Source: Candidatus Binatia bacterium
Lineage (GTDB): Bacteria; Desulfobacterota; Binatia; HRBIN30; JACQVA1
Reading direction: 5' to 3'
Length of the DNA stretch: 64,000 bases
Assembly: GCA_035541895.1 (NCBI GenBank)
Contig: DATKMK010000066.1
Location: 31,004-95,003 of the forward strand
Of the stretch, positions 1 to 8,527 are shown one piece after another. A program made the position numbers and the translations under genes. Each line of letters starts with the position of its first letter. The stretch's first letter is position 1. The notes below the pieces were generated by a model. It was given only the letters and a program-made list of their open reading frames with translations. It was not told the origin of the DNA and made no database searches.

Positions 1-1746
1 CTCTCCGCGCTCTTTCTTCTTCTCATCTTCGGATTGTCGGCGCTCGCGGCGATCTATGGCAGCGAGTATGTGCGGCACTACGAGCACAAGAAGTGGTTGG
101 GACCGCCGTGGTTCTTCTTCAATCTGCTGGCTGCGAGCATGGCCATGGTTGTCATCGCCCGCAACGGCTTGCTGTTCCTGATGGCGTGGGAAGTCATGGC
201 GCTCGCGTCATTCTTCCTGGTGATGTTCGACGATGAGAGCGAGGCGGTGCGCGCGGCGGGGTGGACGTACCTGGTGGCGACCCATTTGGGAACCGTCTTC
301 CTGCTGGTGTTCTTCGTATTGGCGGGGCAGGCGAGAGGCTCGCTCGATTTCGATCGCCTCGGTGCCGGATCGGCGCCGGCGAGTGTGCTGTTTCTGCTCG
401 CCGTCGTCGGGTTCGGAACCAAGGCCGGGTTCATGCCGTTCCACGTCTGGTTGCCCGAGGCGCATCCCGCGGCGCCGAGCTACGTCTCGGCATTGCTGTC
501 TGGCGTGATGTTGAAGACCGGGGTGTACGGTTTGCTGCGCACGCTTACGTTGCTCGGACCGCCGCCGGCGTGGTGGGGCTGGCTCCTGTGCGGAATCGGA
601 TTGACCTCCGGGATCGGCGGCGTGCTGTTCGCGCTGGCGCAACACGATGTGAAGCGGCTGCTGGCGTACAGCAGCGTCGAGAACATCGGCATCGTCACAC
701 TCGGCATCGGCATCGGTGTGGTCGGACTCAACGCCGATGTTCCGGCCGTGGCAGTGTTGGGGTTCGTCGGCGGACTCATCCACATCGTGAACCACGCCGT
801 CTTCAAGGGCTTGCTGTTTCTGGCTGCGGGGGCCGTCGTGCAGGCGACGGGCACGCGCGAGATCGATCGGCTGGGCGGTGTGATGAAGTTAATGCCCTGG
901 ACCGGCTCCGTGTTCCTGGTCGGGGTCGTGGCGATCTGCGGTCTGCCGCCGCTGAACGGCTTCATTGGCGAGCTGTTGATCTACCTCGGCGCGTTGCGCG
1001 GTGTGGTCACGCCGGGGTCGGTGGTTGCCGTTCCCGCGCTCGTGGTGCTGGGTGGCCTCGCCCTCATTGGCGGGCTCGCGACCGCCGCGTTTGCCAAGGT
1101 GTTCGGCGTTGTCTTCCTCGGCGCCGCGCGCAGCGAGGTTGCGCACGCGCACGAACCTGGGCTCACGATGCGGGCACCGATGATTGCGCTGGCTGTCGGG
1201 TGTTTGCTGATCGGTTGCCTTGCGCCGACACTGGTGCGGGTGTTGGTTCCGGTAGTCGCGGGTGCGACGGGACTCCCGATCGGGCGAGTCGCAGCGAATC
1301 TGTCGCCGGCACTCTCGTCGCTCCGGGCGGTCGTCTCGTGTGCGCTGGGTTTGCTGGTGACGGTGGCGCTGCTCGTTGGATTGCGCCAGCGTCTGCTGGC
1401 CGGGCGACACGTCGAACGTGGCCCGACTTGGGATTGTGGTTACGCGCAACCATCCGCGCGCATGCAATACACGGCCTCGTCATTCGCTCAGCCGCTGACC
1501 GAGTTGTTTGCGGCGCTCCTGCAGACACGCCGACAGATCGTGACCCCGGCGGGACTATTCCCGCGCGCAGCGTCGCTGCAAACCAGCACGCCCGACATCT
1601 GCACGACGCGCGTCTACCAGCCCGTGTTCGGCGCCGTCGGCCGTGGCCTGTTTGCGCTGCGATGGCTGCAGCACGGGCGGGTGAATTTGTACGTGCTGTA
1701 CATCGCGCTCGCGTTGTTGGTGCTGTTGATGTGGAAGCTGGGGTAG
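1..1746 (+). CDS. Antiporter-like membrane subunit (HyfB/NuoL-like) of a group-4-hydrogenase-related complex; 5' end outside window
   Basis: The frame is open from base 1 (LSALFLLLIFG... runs into the 34..1746 ORF, whose listed start is a TTG). Polytopic protein with the NuoL/M/N-HyfB/D/F signature stretch GFGTKAGFMPFHVWLPEAHPAAPSYVSALLSGVMLKTGVYG. First gene of a tightly spaced co-directional hyf-like operon. Confidence 0.85.
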   Translation, partial: LSALFLLLIFGLSALAAIYGSEYVRHYEHKKWLGPPWFFFNLLAASMAMVVIARNGLLFLMAWEVMALASFFLVMFDDESEAVRAAGWTYLVATHLGTVFLLVFFVLAGQARGSLDFDRLGAGSAPASVLFLLAVVGFGTKAGFMPFHVWLPEAHPAAPSYVSALLSGVMLKTGVYGLLRTLTLLGPPPAWWGWLLCGIGLTSGIGGVLFALAQHDVKRLLAYSSVENIGIVTLGIGIGVVGLNADVPAVAVLGFVGGLIHIVNHAVFKGLLFLAAGAVVQATGTREIDRLGGVMKLMPWTGSVFLVGVVAICGLPPLNGFIGELLIYLGALRGVVTPGSVVAVPALVVLGGLALIGGLATAAFAKVFGVVFLGAARSEVAHAHEPGLTMRAPMIALAVGCLLIGCLAPTLVRVLVPVVAGATGLPIGRVAANLSPALSSLRAVVSCALGLLVTVALLVGLRQRLLAGRHVERGPTWDCGYAQPSARMQYTASSFAQPLTELFAALLQTRRQIVTPAGLFPRAASLQTSTPDICTTRVYQPVFGAVGRGLFALRWLQHGRVNLYVLYIALALLVLLMWKLG

Positions 1747-1750
1747 GTGC

Positions 1751-2662
1751 ATGACCCTCGCGCCGATTGTTCAGGTCGGCCTGCCGCTGCTGCTCGCCCC
1801 GATGCTGCTCAGCGTCATCAACCGCACCAAGGCCGTCGTGGCCGGTCGCAACGGTCAACCGTGGTTGCAGCCGTACCTCGACGTACTCAAACTCTTGCGT
1901 AAAGGCGCGGTGTACAGCGGGACGACGACCTGGGTGTTTCGCGCCGGCCCGACGGTCGGCGTGGCGGCGCTGCTGGTGTCGACCGCACTCGTCCCGTTCG
2001 GCGGTCGGCCCGCGTCCGTGGCGTTCTCCGGCGATGTGATCGTGCTCGCGTATCTCCTCGGCCTCGCGCGCTTCTTCACCGTGATTGCCGCGCTGGACAC
2101 CGGTTCCAGTTTCGCGGGCATGGGCGCGAGCCGCGAGGTCACATTTTCCACACTCGCCGAGCCCGCGTTGTTTCTCGCGTTGGCTGCGATCGCGCGGCAG
2201 ACCAGCAGCCTGTCGCTGTCGGCGATGTACGGCGGCGTCGGCGTGGGAACGTGGGCGGTTGCCGCACCCGCGCTTGCTCTTGTGACGGGCGCGTTGCTGG
2301 TGGTGTTCCTCGCCGAGAACGCACGCATCCCGGTGGACGATCCGACGACCCATCTCGAGCTGACCATGATCCACGAAGTGATGGTGCTCGACCACGGCGG
2401 CCCGGACTTGGCGTTCATCGTGTACGGCAGTGCACTCAAGTTATGGGTGTTGGGCGCACTGTTAGTCGGCTTGGCGATTCCCGCACGCACGGGCAACGCA
2501 TGGCTCGACGGCGCGGCGGCCTTGGCTGGTATGGCCGGGCTGGCGATGGCGACCGGACTGATCGAGTCATCCATGGCCCGCTGGCGCCTGGTGCGAGTGC
2601 CGCAGTTGCTGGTGTCGGCGTGCGTCCTGGCGGCACTGGCGCTGCTGTTGATGCTGCGGTGA
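1751..2662 (+). CDS. NuoH/HycD/HyfC-like membrane subunit
   Basis: 303-aa polytopic protein. The N-terminus LLLAPMLLSVINRTKAVVAGRNGQPWLQPYLDVLKLLRKG fits the HycD/HyfC/NuoH pattern. Starts 5 nt after the previous stop. Confidence 0.85.
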   Translation: MTLAPIVQVGLPLLLAPMLLSVINRTKAVVAGRNGQPWLQPYLDVLKLLRKGAVYSGTTTWVFRAGPTVGVAALLVSTALVPFGGRPASVAFSGDVIVLAYLLGLARFFTVIAALDTGSSFAGMGASREVTFSTLAEPALFLALAAIARQTSSLSLSAMYGGVGVGTWAVAAPALALVTGALLVVFLAENARIPVDDPTTHLELTMIHEVMVLDHGGPDLAFIVYGSALKLWVLGALLVGLAIPARTGNAWLDGAAALAGMAGLAMATGLIESSMARWRLVRVPQLLVSACVLAALALLLMLR

Positions 2663-2666
2663 TCGG

Positions 2667-3320
2667 ATGAGCACGTGGGTCGATACGCCGCTGGTGTTGG
2701 TTGCGCTCACGGGCCTGCTGCTGGTGGCGTCCAGCCGGCTGACGCGCTGCATTCGTATCGTCGCATTCCAAGGCGCGCTCTTGGGCGTGATCACTGTCGC
2801 GGTGCATCAGCACGAATTTCTCGCCCGCCCACTGATGCTGGCCGCGGCGATTGTGGCGTTGAAGGGGGCGGTGTTCCCGTGGTTGCTGTCGCGGGTGTTG
2901 CGGGAAGCGGATGTTCGACGCGAAGTCGAGCCGATCGTCGGCTACATCAGCTCGTTGCTGCTCGGCACGCTGATGCTGGCAATCTCGTTCCGGTTGAGTG
3001 CGCAGTTGCCGTTGCCGACGCCCGCGGTGTCGAGTTTGGTGGTGCCGGTTGCGCTGTTCACAACCTTCATCGGCCTGTTCCTGATCGTGAGCCGTCGAAC
3101 CGCGTTGATGCAAGTGCTGGCGTACGTGGTGCTCGAAAACGGCATCTACGTCTTCGGCGTCGGATTGGTGCAAGGCACGCCGATTCTCGTCGAGTTGGGG
3201 GTGCTGCTCGATGTTTTCGTCGCGGTGTTCGTGATGGGCATCGCGATTTTTCGCATCAATCGCGAGTTCGATCACATCGACACCGAGCAGCTCACGTTGC
3301 TCACCGATTGGATGTCGTAA
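2667..3320 (+). CDS. HyfE-like small membrane subunit (NuoK-related)
   Basis: 217 aa, about the size of E. coli HyfE, entirely hydrophobic helices. Sits between the HyfC-like and HyfF-like genes as in hyf operons. Confidence 0.7.
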   Translation: MSTWVDTPLVLVALTGLLLVASSRLTRCIRIVAFQGALLGVITVAVHQHEFLARPLMLAAAIVALKGAVFPWLLSRVLREADVRREVEPIVGYISSLLLGTLMLAISFRLSAQLPLPTPAVSSLVVPVALFTTFIGLFLIVSRRTALMQVLAYVVLENGIYVFGVGLVQGTPILVELGVLLDVFVAVFVMGIAIFRINREFDHIDTEQLTLLTDWMS

Positions 3321-4789
3321 TGCTCCTCGCGCTGCTGCTGATCCCAACGCTGGCGGCCATCGTTGCGTACGGTGTCACCAACGACGCGGTGCGGCGGCTG
3401 ATGTTGGTGACCGCCGTGGCGGCGCATGCGAGTGTGGTCGCCGCAACTTGGGCGACTCCACCGGCGTCGCTCTTCGGCGGCTGGTTGCGCTTGGATGCGC
3501 TCGGGCGATTGTTCTTGAGCATCACCGCCGCGCTCTCGCTACCGGCGGCGGTGTACAGTGTCGGCTACTTGCAACGCGAGAGTCGCGGCGTGCGACGCGA
3601 CTTCGAGGAAGGGCTGTGGTTCGCCAACGCGCCGGAAGCCACGTTCACCAGTTGCCTGCTGTTGTTTCTCGCCGCGATGACGTTGGTGACGATCAGTCAT
3701 CGTTTCGGCCTGCTGTGGGTGGCGATCGAAAGCACGACACTAGCGAGCGCGCCGTTGATATACTTTCACCGCCATCACCGCTCGCTCGAAGCCACCTGGA
3801 AGTATTTGCTGATTTGTTCGGTCGGCATTGCGTTGGCCTTGCTGGGCAATTTCTTTCTGGCCGTGGCGGCGTCGAATCACGGCGGTGCGCCGATTCCGCT
3901 GGTCGTGCGCGACCTGACTGAGCGCGCCGCCGAGCTGCACCTGCCCTGGTTGCGGGCGGCGTTCATCCTCTTGCTGGTCGGCTACGGTACCAAAATGGGA
4001 TTGGCGCCACTGCACACCTGGCTGCCCGACGCGCACAGCGAAGCACCGTCGCTGGTCTCGGCGCTGCTGTCGGGCGCGTTGTTGAACTGCGCCTTCCTCG
4101 GCGTCTTGCGCGCGCAACAGGTCTTGGTTGCGGCGGGGCAGGGCGCGTTCGGTCAAGACCTCCTGGTGAGCTTCGGCATCTTGTCGATGGCGGTCGCCGC
4201 GGTCTTCGTGGTTGGGCAGGCGGATTACAAGCGGATGTTGGCGTATTCGAGCGTTGAACATATGGGCGTGCTGGCAGTGGGCGTGGGAGTCGGTGGGGCG
4301 GCGACGTTCGGAGCGTTGCTGCACGCGGTCAACCACTCGCTGACGAAGGCGATGCTATTTCTCGTTGCGGGTAATATCCTGGCGACCTATCGCACGAAAT
4401 CGGCTCTGGAGGTTCGCGGCGTCTTGCGCGTGTTACCGGCGTCGGGAGCCCTGTGGGTGGCGGGCTTTCTTGCGATCACCGGCTCACCGCCGTTCGGTCC
4501 GTTTCTCAGCGAATTCACCATTCTCAAGGGCGCGCTGGCTCAGGGACGGGTCGTGGTTGCCGGTCTCTACCTCGCGTTGCTCGCGGTCGTCTTTGTGGGC
4601 ATGGCGACGGTGGTATTGCGGATGGCGCACGGGGCGCCGAGCGCTCCAACGGAAGACACGCCGGATCGTGAGCCGCTGTTGGCCATCGTGCCACCGGCGA
4701 TCATTGCGGTGATCGTCCTCGTGCTGGGCGTGTACATTCCCGGTCTGCTCCGGGATGCCGTGGCGGCCGCGGCCGGAGCGCTGGGATAG
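3320..4789 (+). CDS. Antiporter-like membrane subunit (HyfF/NuoN/M-like)
   Basis: The ATG at 3320 overlaps the TAA of the preceding gene (TAATG) and is in frame with the longer 2675..4789 ORF. Contains GYGTKMGLAPLHTWLPDAHSEAPSLVSALLSGALLN and KRMLAYSSVEHMG, typical of proton-pumping Nuo/Hyf subunits. Confidence 0.85.
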   Translation: MLLALLLIPTLAAIVAYGVTNDAVRRLMLVTAVAAHASVVAATWATPPASLFGGWLRLDALGRLFLSITAALSLPAAVYSVGYLQRESRGVRRDFEEGLWFANAPEATFTSCLLLFLAAMTLVTISHRFGLLWVAIESTTLASAPLIYFHRHHRSLEATWKYLLICSVGIALALLGNFFLAVAASNHGGAPIPLVVRDLTERAAELHLPWLRAAFILLLVGYGTKMGLAPLHTWLPDAHSEAPSLVSALLSGALLNCAFLGVLRAQQVLVAAGQGAFGQDLLVSFGILSMAVAAVFVVGQADYKRMLAYSSVEHMGVLAVGVGVGGAATFGALLHAVNHSLTKAMLFLVAGNILATYRTKSALEVRGVLRVLPASGALWVAGFLAITGSPPFGPFLSEFTILKGALAQGRVVVAGLYLALLAVVFVGMATVVLRMAHGAPSAPTEDTPDREPLLAIVPPAIIAVIVLVLGVYIPGLLRDAVAAAAGALG

Positions 4790-4794
4790 TCAAC

Positions 4795-6306
4795 ATGGCG
4801 TTGTACACACTGCGCAACGGCGAGAGCGCCGAGGTGCTGGACATTCCGCGGCTGACGATCGCACAGTTCCGCACGACGATCATTGACGAAATCGCTGCCG
4901 GCGGTCGACTGGCGGCGTTCTTCGGCCGGGCGATCGCTTCGTCGCTCCAGGTGGTCGCGGTCGTGGCGCGCGGCGACCAGGGGACGCTGGGGGTCTGCAC
5001 CACGGAGGTCGATGACGCCTATCCGGCGCTCACGCCGGAGTGTCCCCAGGCGCATTGGTTCGAACGCGAAATCGCCGAGCAGTTCGGCGTGCGACCCGAC
5101 GGCCATCCGTGGCTCAAACCGATTCGGTTTCACCGCGCCCGTCGACCTGGCCACGACGCGTGGCACCGCAGCGACGCGGATACGATCGCGCCGAGTGTCA
5201 CCGATTTTTTCCGCGTCCAAGGACAAGAGGTGCACGAAGTTGCCGTCGGGCCGGTACACGCCGGGGTCATCGAGCCCGGCCATTTCCGCTTTCAATGCCA
5301 CGGCGAGCAGGTGCTCCATCTCGAAATCTCCCTGGGCTATCAGCATCGCGGCGTCGAGCGCGCGCTGGTTGGCGGGCCGAGCAAGCGAACGATTCATTAC
5401 ATGGAGACGCTCGCCGGCGACACCTCGATCGGGCACGTTACGGCGTATTGCGAAATAGTTGAGGCGCTCACGCGTGCGCGGGTGTCGGCGCGCGCGCAAG
5501 TATTGCGTGCGATCGCGCTGGAACTGGAGCGGTTGGCCAACCACACCGGCGATCTCGGCGCGCTTGCCGGCGACGTCGGATTCCTGCCCACGGCGGCGTA
5601 TTGCGGGCGCATTCGCGGCGATTTCCTCAATCTGACCGCGTTGCTCTGCGGCAGTCGATTTGGGCGTGGCCTCGTCCGACCCGGCGGCGTCGCATTCGAC
5701 GTGGATGACGCGCGGGTGGCGCAATTGGGCGAACGCCTCGATGCCGCCTTTGTCGACGCTGCCAGCGCCGTCGATCTCTTATGGAACACGCCCTCGGTGC
5801 CGGCCCGCTTCGAACAAGCCGGCGTGGTTGACCGCGCCGACTGCGAGGCGCTGGGGCTCGTTGGTCCGACGGCACGCGCGTGCGGCGTCGAGCGCGACGT
5901 CCGACATGAATTCCCGTCCGGCATCTATCGATTTGCGCAAATTCCGCTGTCGACCTGGCAGACCGGCGACGTGTTTGCGCGCGCATACGTGCGCTGGCTC
6001 GAACTGCAACGTTCGGTGACGTTCATCCGCGAGCAGCTCGGTATCCTGCCCGAGGGCGTCGACCGGGTGAAGCCCGCGCCTCTGGTTGCAAACCGAATCG
6101 CTGTCTCGCTGGTCGAAGGGTGGCGAGGTGAAATCTGTCACGTCGCCATGACCGACGACGACGGGCGCTTCGTCGCATACAAGGTGGTCGACCCGTCGTT
6201 TCACAACTGGATGGGGCTGGCGATGGCGCTCCGGGATCAACCGATTTCGGATTTTCCGCTCTGCAATAAGAGCTTCAATTTGTCGTATTGCGGCCACGAT
6301 CTCTGA
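4795..6306 (+). CDS. NuoC+NuoD / HycE-like large subunit homologue lacking the [NiFe] cysteine ligands
   Basis: NuoC-like N-terminus (WFEREIAEQFGVRPDGHPWLKPIRFH) followed by a NuoD/HycE-like body (VGPVHAGVIEPGHFRFQCHGEQVLHLEISLGYQHRGVE). The L1 position reads LAGDTSIGH instead of RxCGxCxxxH. The C-terminus reads DFPLCNKSFNLSYCGHDL instead of DPCxxCxxR. Confidence 0.85.
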   Translation: MALYTLRNGESAEVLDIPRLTIAQFRTTIIDEIAAGGRLAAFFGRAIASSLQVVAVVARGDQGTLGVCTTEVDDAYPALTPECPQAHWFEREIAEQFGVRPDGHPWLKPIRFHRARRPGHDAWHRSDADTIAPSVTDFFRVQGQEVHEVAVGPVHAGVIEPGHFRFQCHGEQVLHLEISLGYQHRGVERALVGGPSKRTIHYMETLAGDTSIGHVTAYCEIVEALTRARVSARAQVLRAIALELERLANHTGDLGALAGDVGFLPTAAYCGRIRGDFLNLTALLCGSRFGRGLVRPGGVAFDVDDARVAQLGERLDAAFVDAASAVDLLWNTPSVPARFEQAGVVDRADCEALGLVGPTARACGVERDVRHEFPSGIYRFAQIPLSTWQTGDVFARAYVRWLELQRSVTFIREQLGILPEGVDRVKPAPLVANRIAVSLVEGWRGEICHVAMTDDDGRFVAYKVVDPSFHNWMGLAMALRDQPISDFPLCNKSFNLSYCGHDL

Positions 6307-6313
6307 GGACGCT

Positions 6314-7096
6314 ATGCTGAGAGTTCTGCTCGCCCGTCTTCACCAAGGGCACCGCACAATCGCCTTCCCAGTCGATGAGCCGGCAATGCCGGACCGCTTT
6401 CGCGGGGTGCCGGTATTGAACCCAAGCCAGTGTCCCGTTGGTTGTCGTGACTGCGTCGATGCCTGCCCCACCGGGGCGGCGATGAGCCGCGATGGCGGCC
6501 TGCAACTCGATCTCGGCCGCTGTCTGTTCTGCGCGGATTGTGCCGATGCATGCTCCGAGGGCGCGCTCGCGTTTAGCCGCGACTATCGTCTGAGCACCCG
6601 CGCGCGCCACGATCTCGTCCTGAGTGGACAGACGCTTCGGCTCGCCGAAGCGGTCGATGCCAAGACCCAGCGCCTGTTCGGCCGGTCTCTCAAACTGCGG
6701 CAGGTCAGTGCGGGGGGCTGCAATGCGTGCGAAGCCGACGTCAACGTCCTGAGCACCGTGGCCTTCGATCTCGGTCGCTTCGGCATTCAATTCGTCGCCT
6801 CGCCGCGCCATGCGGATGGCCTGCTGATCACCGGACCGGTGACCGAGAACATGCGGCTCGCGCTGCGGAAGACCTACGACGCCGTGCCGGCGCCGAAACT
6901 CGTGATCGCCGTCGGTGCATGCGCGATCTCGGGCGGCCCGTATCGCGATCATCCTGAAGTGCACAATGGTGCTGACGCCGTCGTCCCGGTCGACCTGTAC
7001 GTGCCCGGCTGTCCGCCGCACCCGATTAGCATTCTCGATGGATTGCTGCGGCTCCTGGGGAGAATCACGCCGGACGAGGCACGTGACCTGAAGTGA
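6314..7096 (+). CDS. Fused 2x[4Fe-4S] ferredoxin-like (HycF/NuoI-like) and NuoB/HycG-like small subunit
   Basis: The N-terminal part has CPVGCRDCVDACP and CLFCADCADAC. The C-terminal part has the NuoB/HycG pattern GGCNACE ... ASPRHADGLLITGPVT ... VGACAISGGP ... PVDLYVPGCPPHP, with all four cluster cysteines present. Confidence 0.8.
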   Translation: MLRVLLARLHQGHRTIAFPVDEPAMPDRFRGVPVLNPSQCPVGCRDCVDACPTGAAMSRDGGLQLDLGRCLFCADCADACSEGALAFSRDYRLSTRARHDLVLSGQTLRLAEAVDAKTQRLFGRSLKLRQVSAGGCNACEADVNVLSTVAFDLGRFGIQFVASPRHADGLLITGPVTENMRLALRKTYDAVPAPKLVIAVGACAISGGPYRDHPEVHNGADAVVPVDLYVPGCPPHPISILDGLLRLLGRITPDEARDLK

Positions 7097-7166
7097 CGAT
7101 GCTCGACGTGGGTGGGACGGTGGGCACGGAGTCCCGCCACCACTGTGGCGTTTGACGTGGGTGTCT

Positions 7167-8423
7167 CTACGCGCCGGCGCGGAAGTGGCGCAGCGGGATC
7201 AAACTCAGGAGCGTCAGTAACGCGGCAATGGCGAAAAGACTGCGGTACGCGATCAGCGGCGTGGCGCCTGCGGCCACGGCGCGATCGAGCGCCATCCCCG
7301 CGAGGAGCGGCGCGACGCCATAGGTGAGACTGGACGCGACGTCGGCAACCACCAGATGCCGCGTCGGTGCGTGCACGGGCGCGAGCCGAAACATGACGTG
7401 CGTGTCCGCAACGCCGAAACCGGCTGCCATCACGTTCAACCAGAAGAAGAAGCCAATCATCAGGTAGAGCGCATGCGGGGTTGCCTCGACGCCGAGGAGC
7501 GCAAGATACAGCGCCGCCAGGCCGACGCCGGTCAACCCGAAGATCGGTGCGGCGCCGAAGCGATCGACGGCGCGTCCCCAGAGGTAGAGCGAGACGAACC
7601 CACCGGCGAAGTACGCGAGCGTCGTCAGCAGCACGTCGCCTTCAGACAGTCCCAAGATCCGGCGCATCAACACGATCGTGAATGGAACCAGTGCGCGACG
7701 CGCGGCCCCGCAGAGTCCGACGCCGACGAGATAGCGCCGCAGGCGGCGGTCACGACGCAGCAGATCGAGGGCTTCGCGAATGCGCAGACGGTCGCCGTGT
7801 TCCGCCGGCGGCTCCGGTAGGCGGGCGATCAGTCCGATGCGGAGCAGTCCGCACGCCGTTGCGACGCCGAACAGCGCCGCAAAGGCGCCCGGTCGGCTCG
7901 CGAGCCATCGCTGCGCGCCGATGAAGTACGCGATGAGGGTAAAGTGCCAGACCGTGCGCAACACGCCGAAGAAGTGTCCGGTGCGTTCGGGCTCGACATA
8001 CGCCCGCAGCATCGGAAACCACGCGGTGTCGGAGACGGTGATACCCGCCGTGCTGATGGCCAAGCTCAGCAGCGTGATCGCGACACCCCACGGCGCCGGC
8101 AAGACCAGCAATGCCGCGAATGCGAGCAACGGCAATCCCGCCAGCACCGAGACCGTTTGCCCGACCACCAGGATCGTTCGCTTGTGATAGCGACCGACCA
8201 AACGCAGGGTCGGCAGTTGCAGCAATTGCCCCAATGGCTCGAACGCGCTCTGCAGCCCGACGATCGCTTCGCTGGCACCGAGCGCGACCAAGGTGAGGGT
8301 CGGGAGCTGGTCGGTGTAGACCAGCCGGTGTGTCATACCCGCCGGATGGCTGACGATTGCGAGGCGACGACCGCGCGCCCGCTCAGCGAGCGGAAGTTCG
8401 GCGCTACCGTGCGGTGGAGGCAT
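7167..8423 (-). CDS. MFS transporter
   Basis: 418 aa, about 12 hydrophobic segments, MFS motif-A-like loops (LVGRYHKRT, GRAVDRFGAAP). Convergent with the hyf-like operon. Confidence 0.7.
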   Translation of the reverse strand: MPPPHGSAELPLAERARGRRLAIVSHPAGMTHRLVYTDQLPTLTLVALGASEAIVGLQSAFEPLGQLLQLPTLRLVGRYHKRTILVVGQTVSVLAGLPLLAFAALLVLPAPWGVAITLLSLAISTAGITVSDTAWFPMLRAYVEPERTGHFFGVLRTVWHFTLIAYFIGAQRWLASRPGAFAALFGVATACGLLRIGLIARLPEPPAEHGDRLRIREALDLLRRDRRLRRYLVGVGLCGAARRALVPFTIVLMRRILGLSEGDVLLTTLAYFAGGFVSLYLWGRAVDRFGAAPIFGLTGVGLAALYLALLGVEATPHALYLMIGFFFWLNVMAAGFGVADTHVMFRLAPVHAPTRHLVVADVASSLTYGVAPLLAGMALDRAVAAGATPLIAYRSLFAIAALLTLLSLIPLRHFRAGA

Positions 8424-8527
8424 GCGGATGTGCAGCTTTCCTGACTAGGGTTTGGTGGGCGCCGGACTCTGTGGCGCCACTCGCCGGGCACGGACTCCCG
8501 CCCCCACCGCAGACGGCGCGCAGTGGT

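Noticed and set aside
261-4336. Long alternative-frame and antisense ORFs over the hyf-like genes (for example 261..1754, 1163..2395, 2436..3347, 3740..4336)
   Set aside because: Their translations are Arg/Gly/Pro/His-rich with no motifs. They overlap genes with strong family signatures. In GC-rich DNA, stop-poor off-frames are expected.
4795-6306. Calling the operon a formate hydrogenlyase / hydrogenase-4
   Set aside because: All four Ni-Fe ligand cysteine positions appear substituted in my by-eye alignment. No hyp/hycI maturation or fdhF genes are in view, so only a hydrogenase-related label is justified.
7097-7166. Intrinsic terminator between the hyf-like operon and the convergent MFS gene
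   Set aside because: I found only a weak GGGAC/GTCCC stem with a 12-nt loop and no U-tract, which is not enough to annotate.
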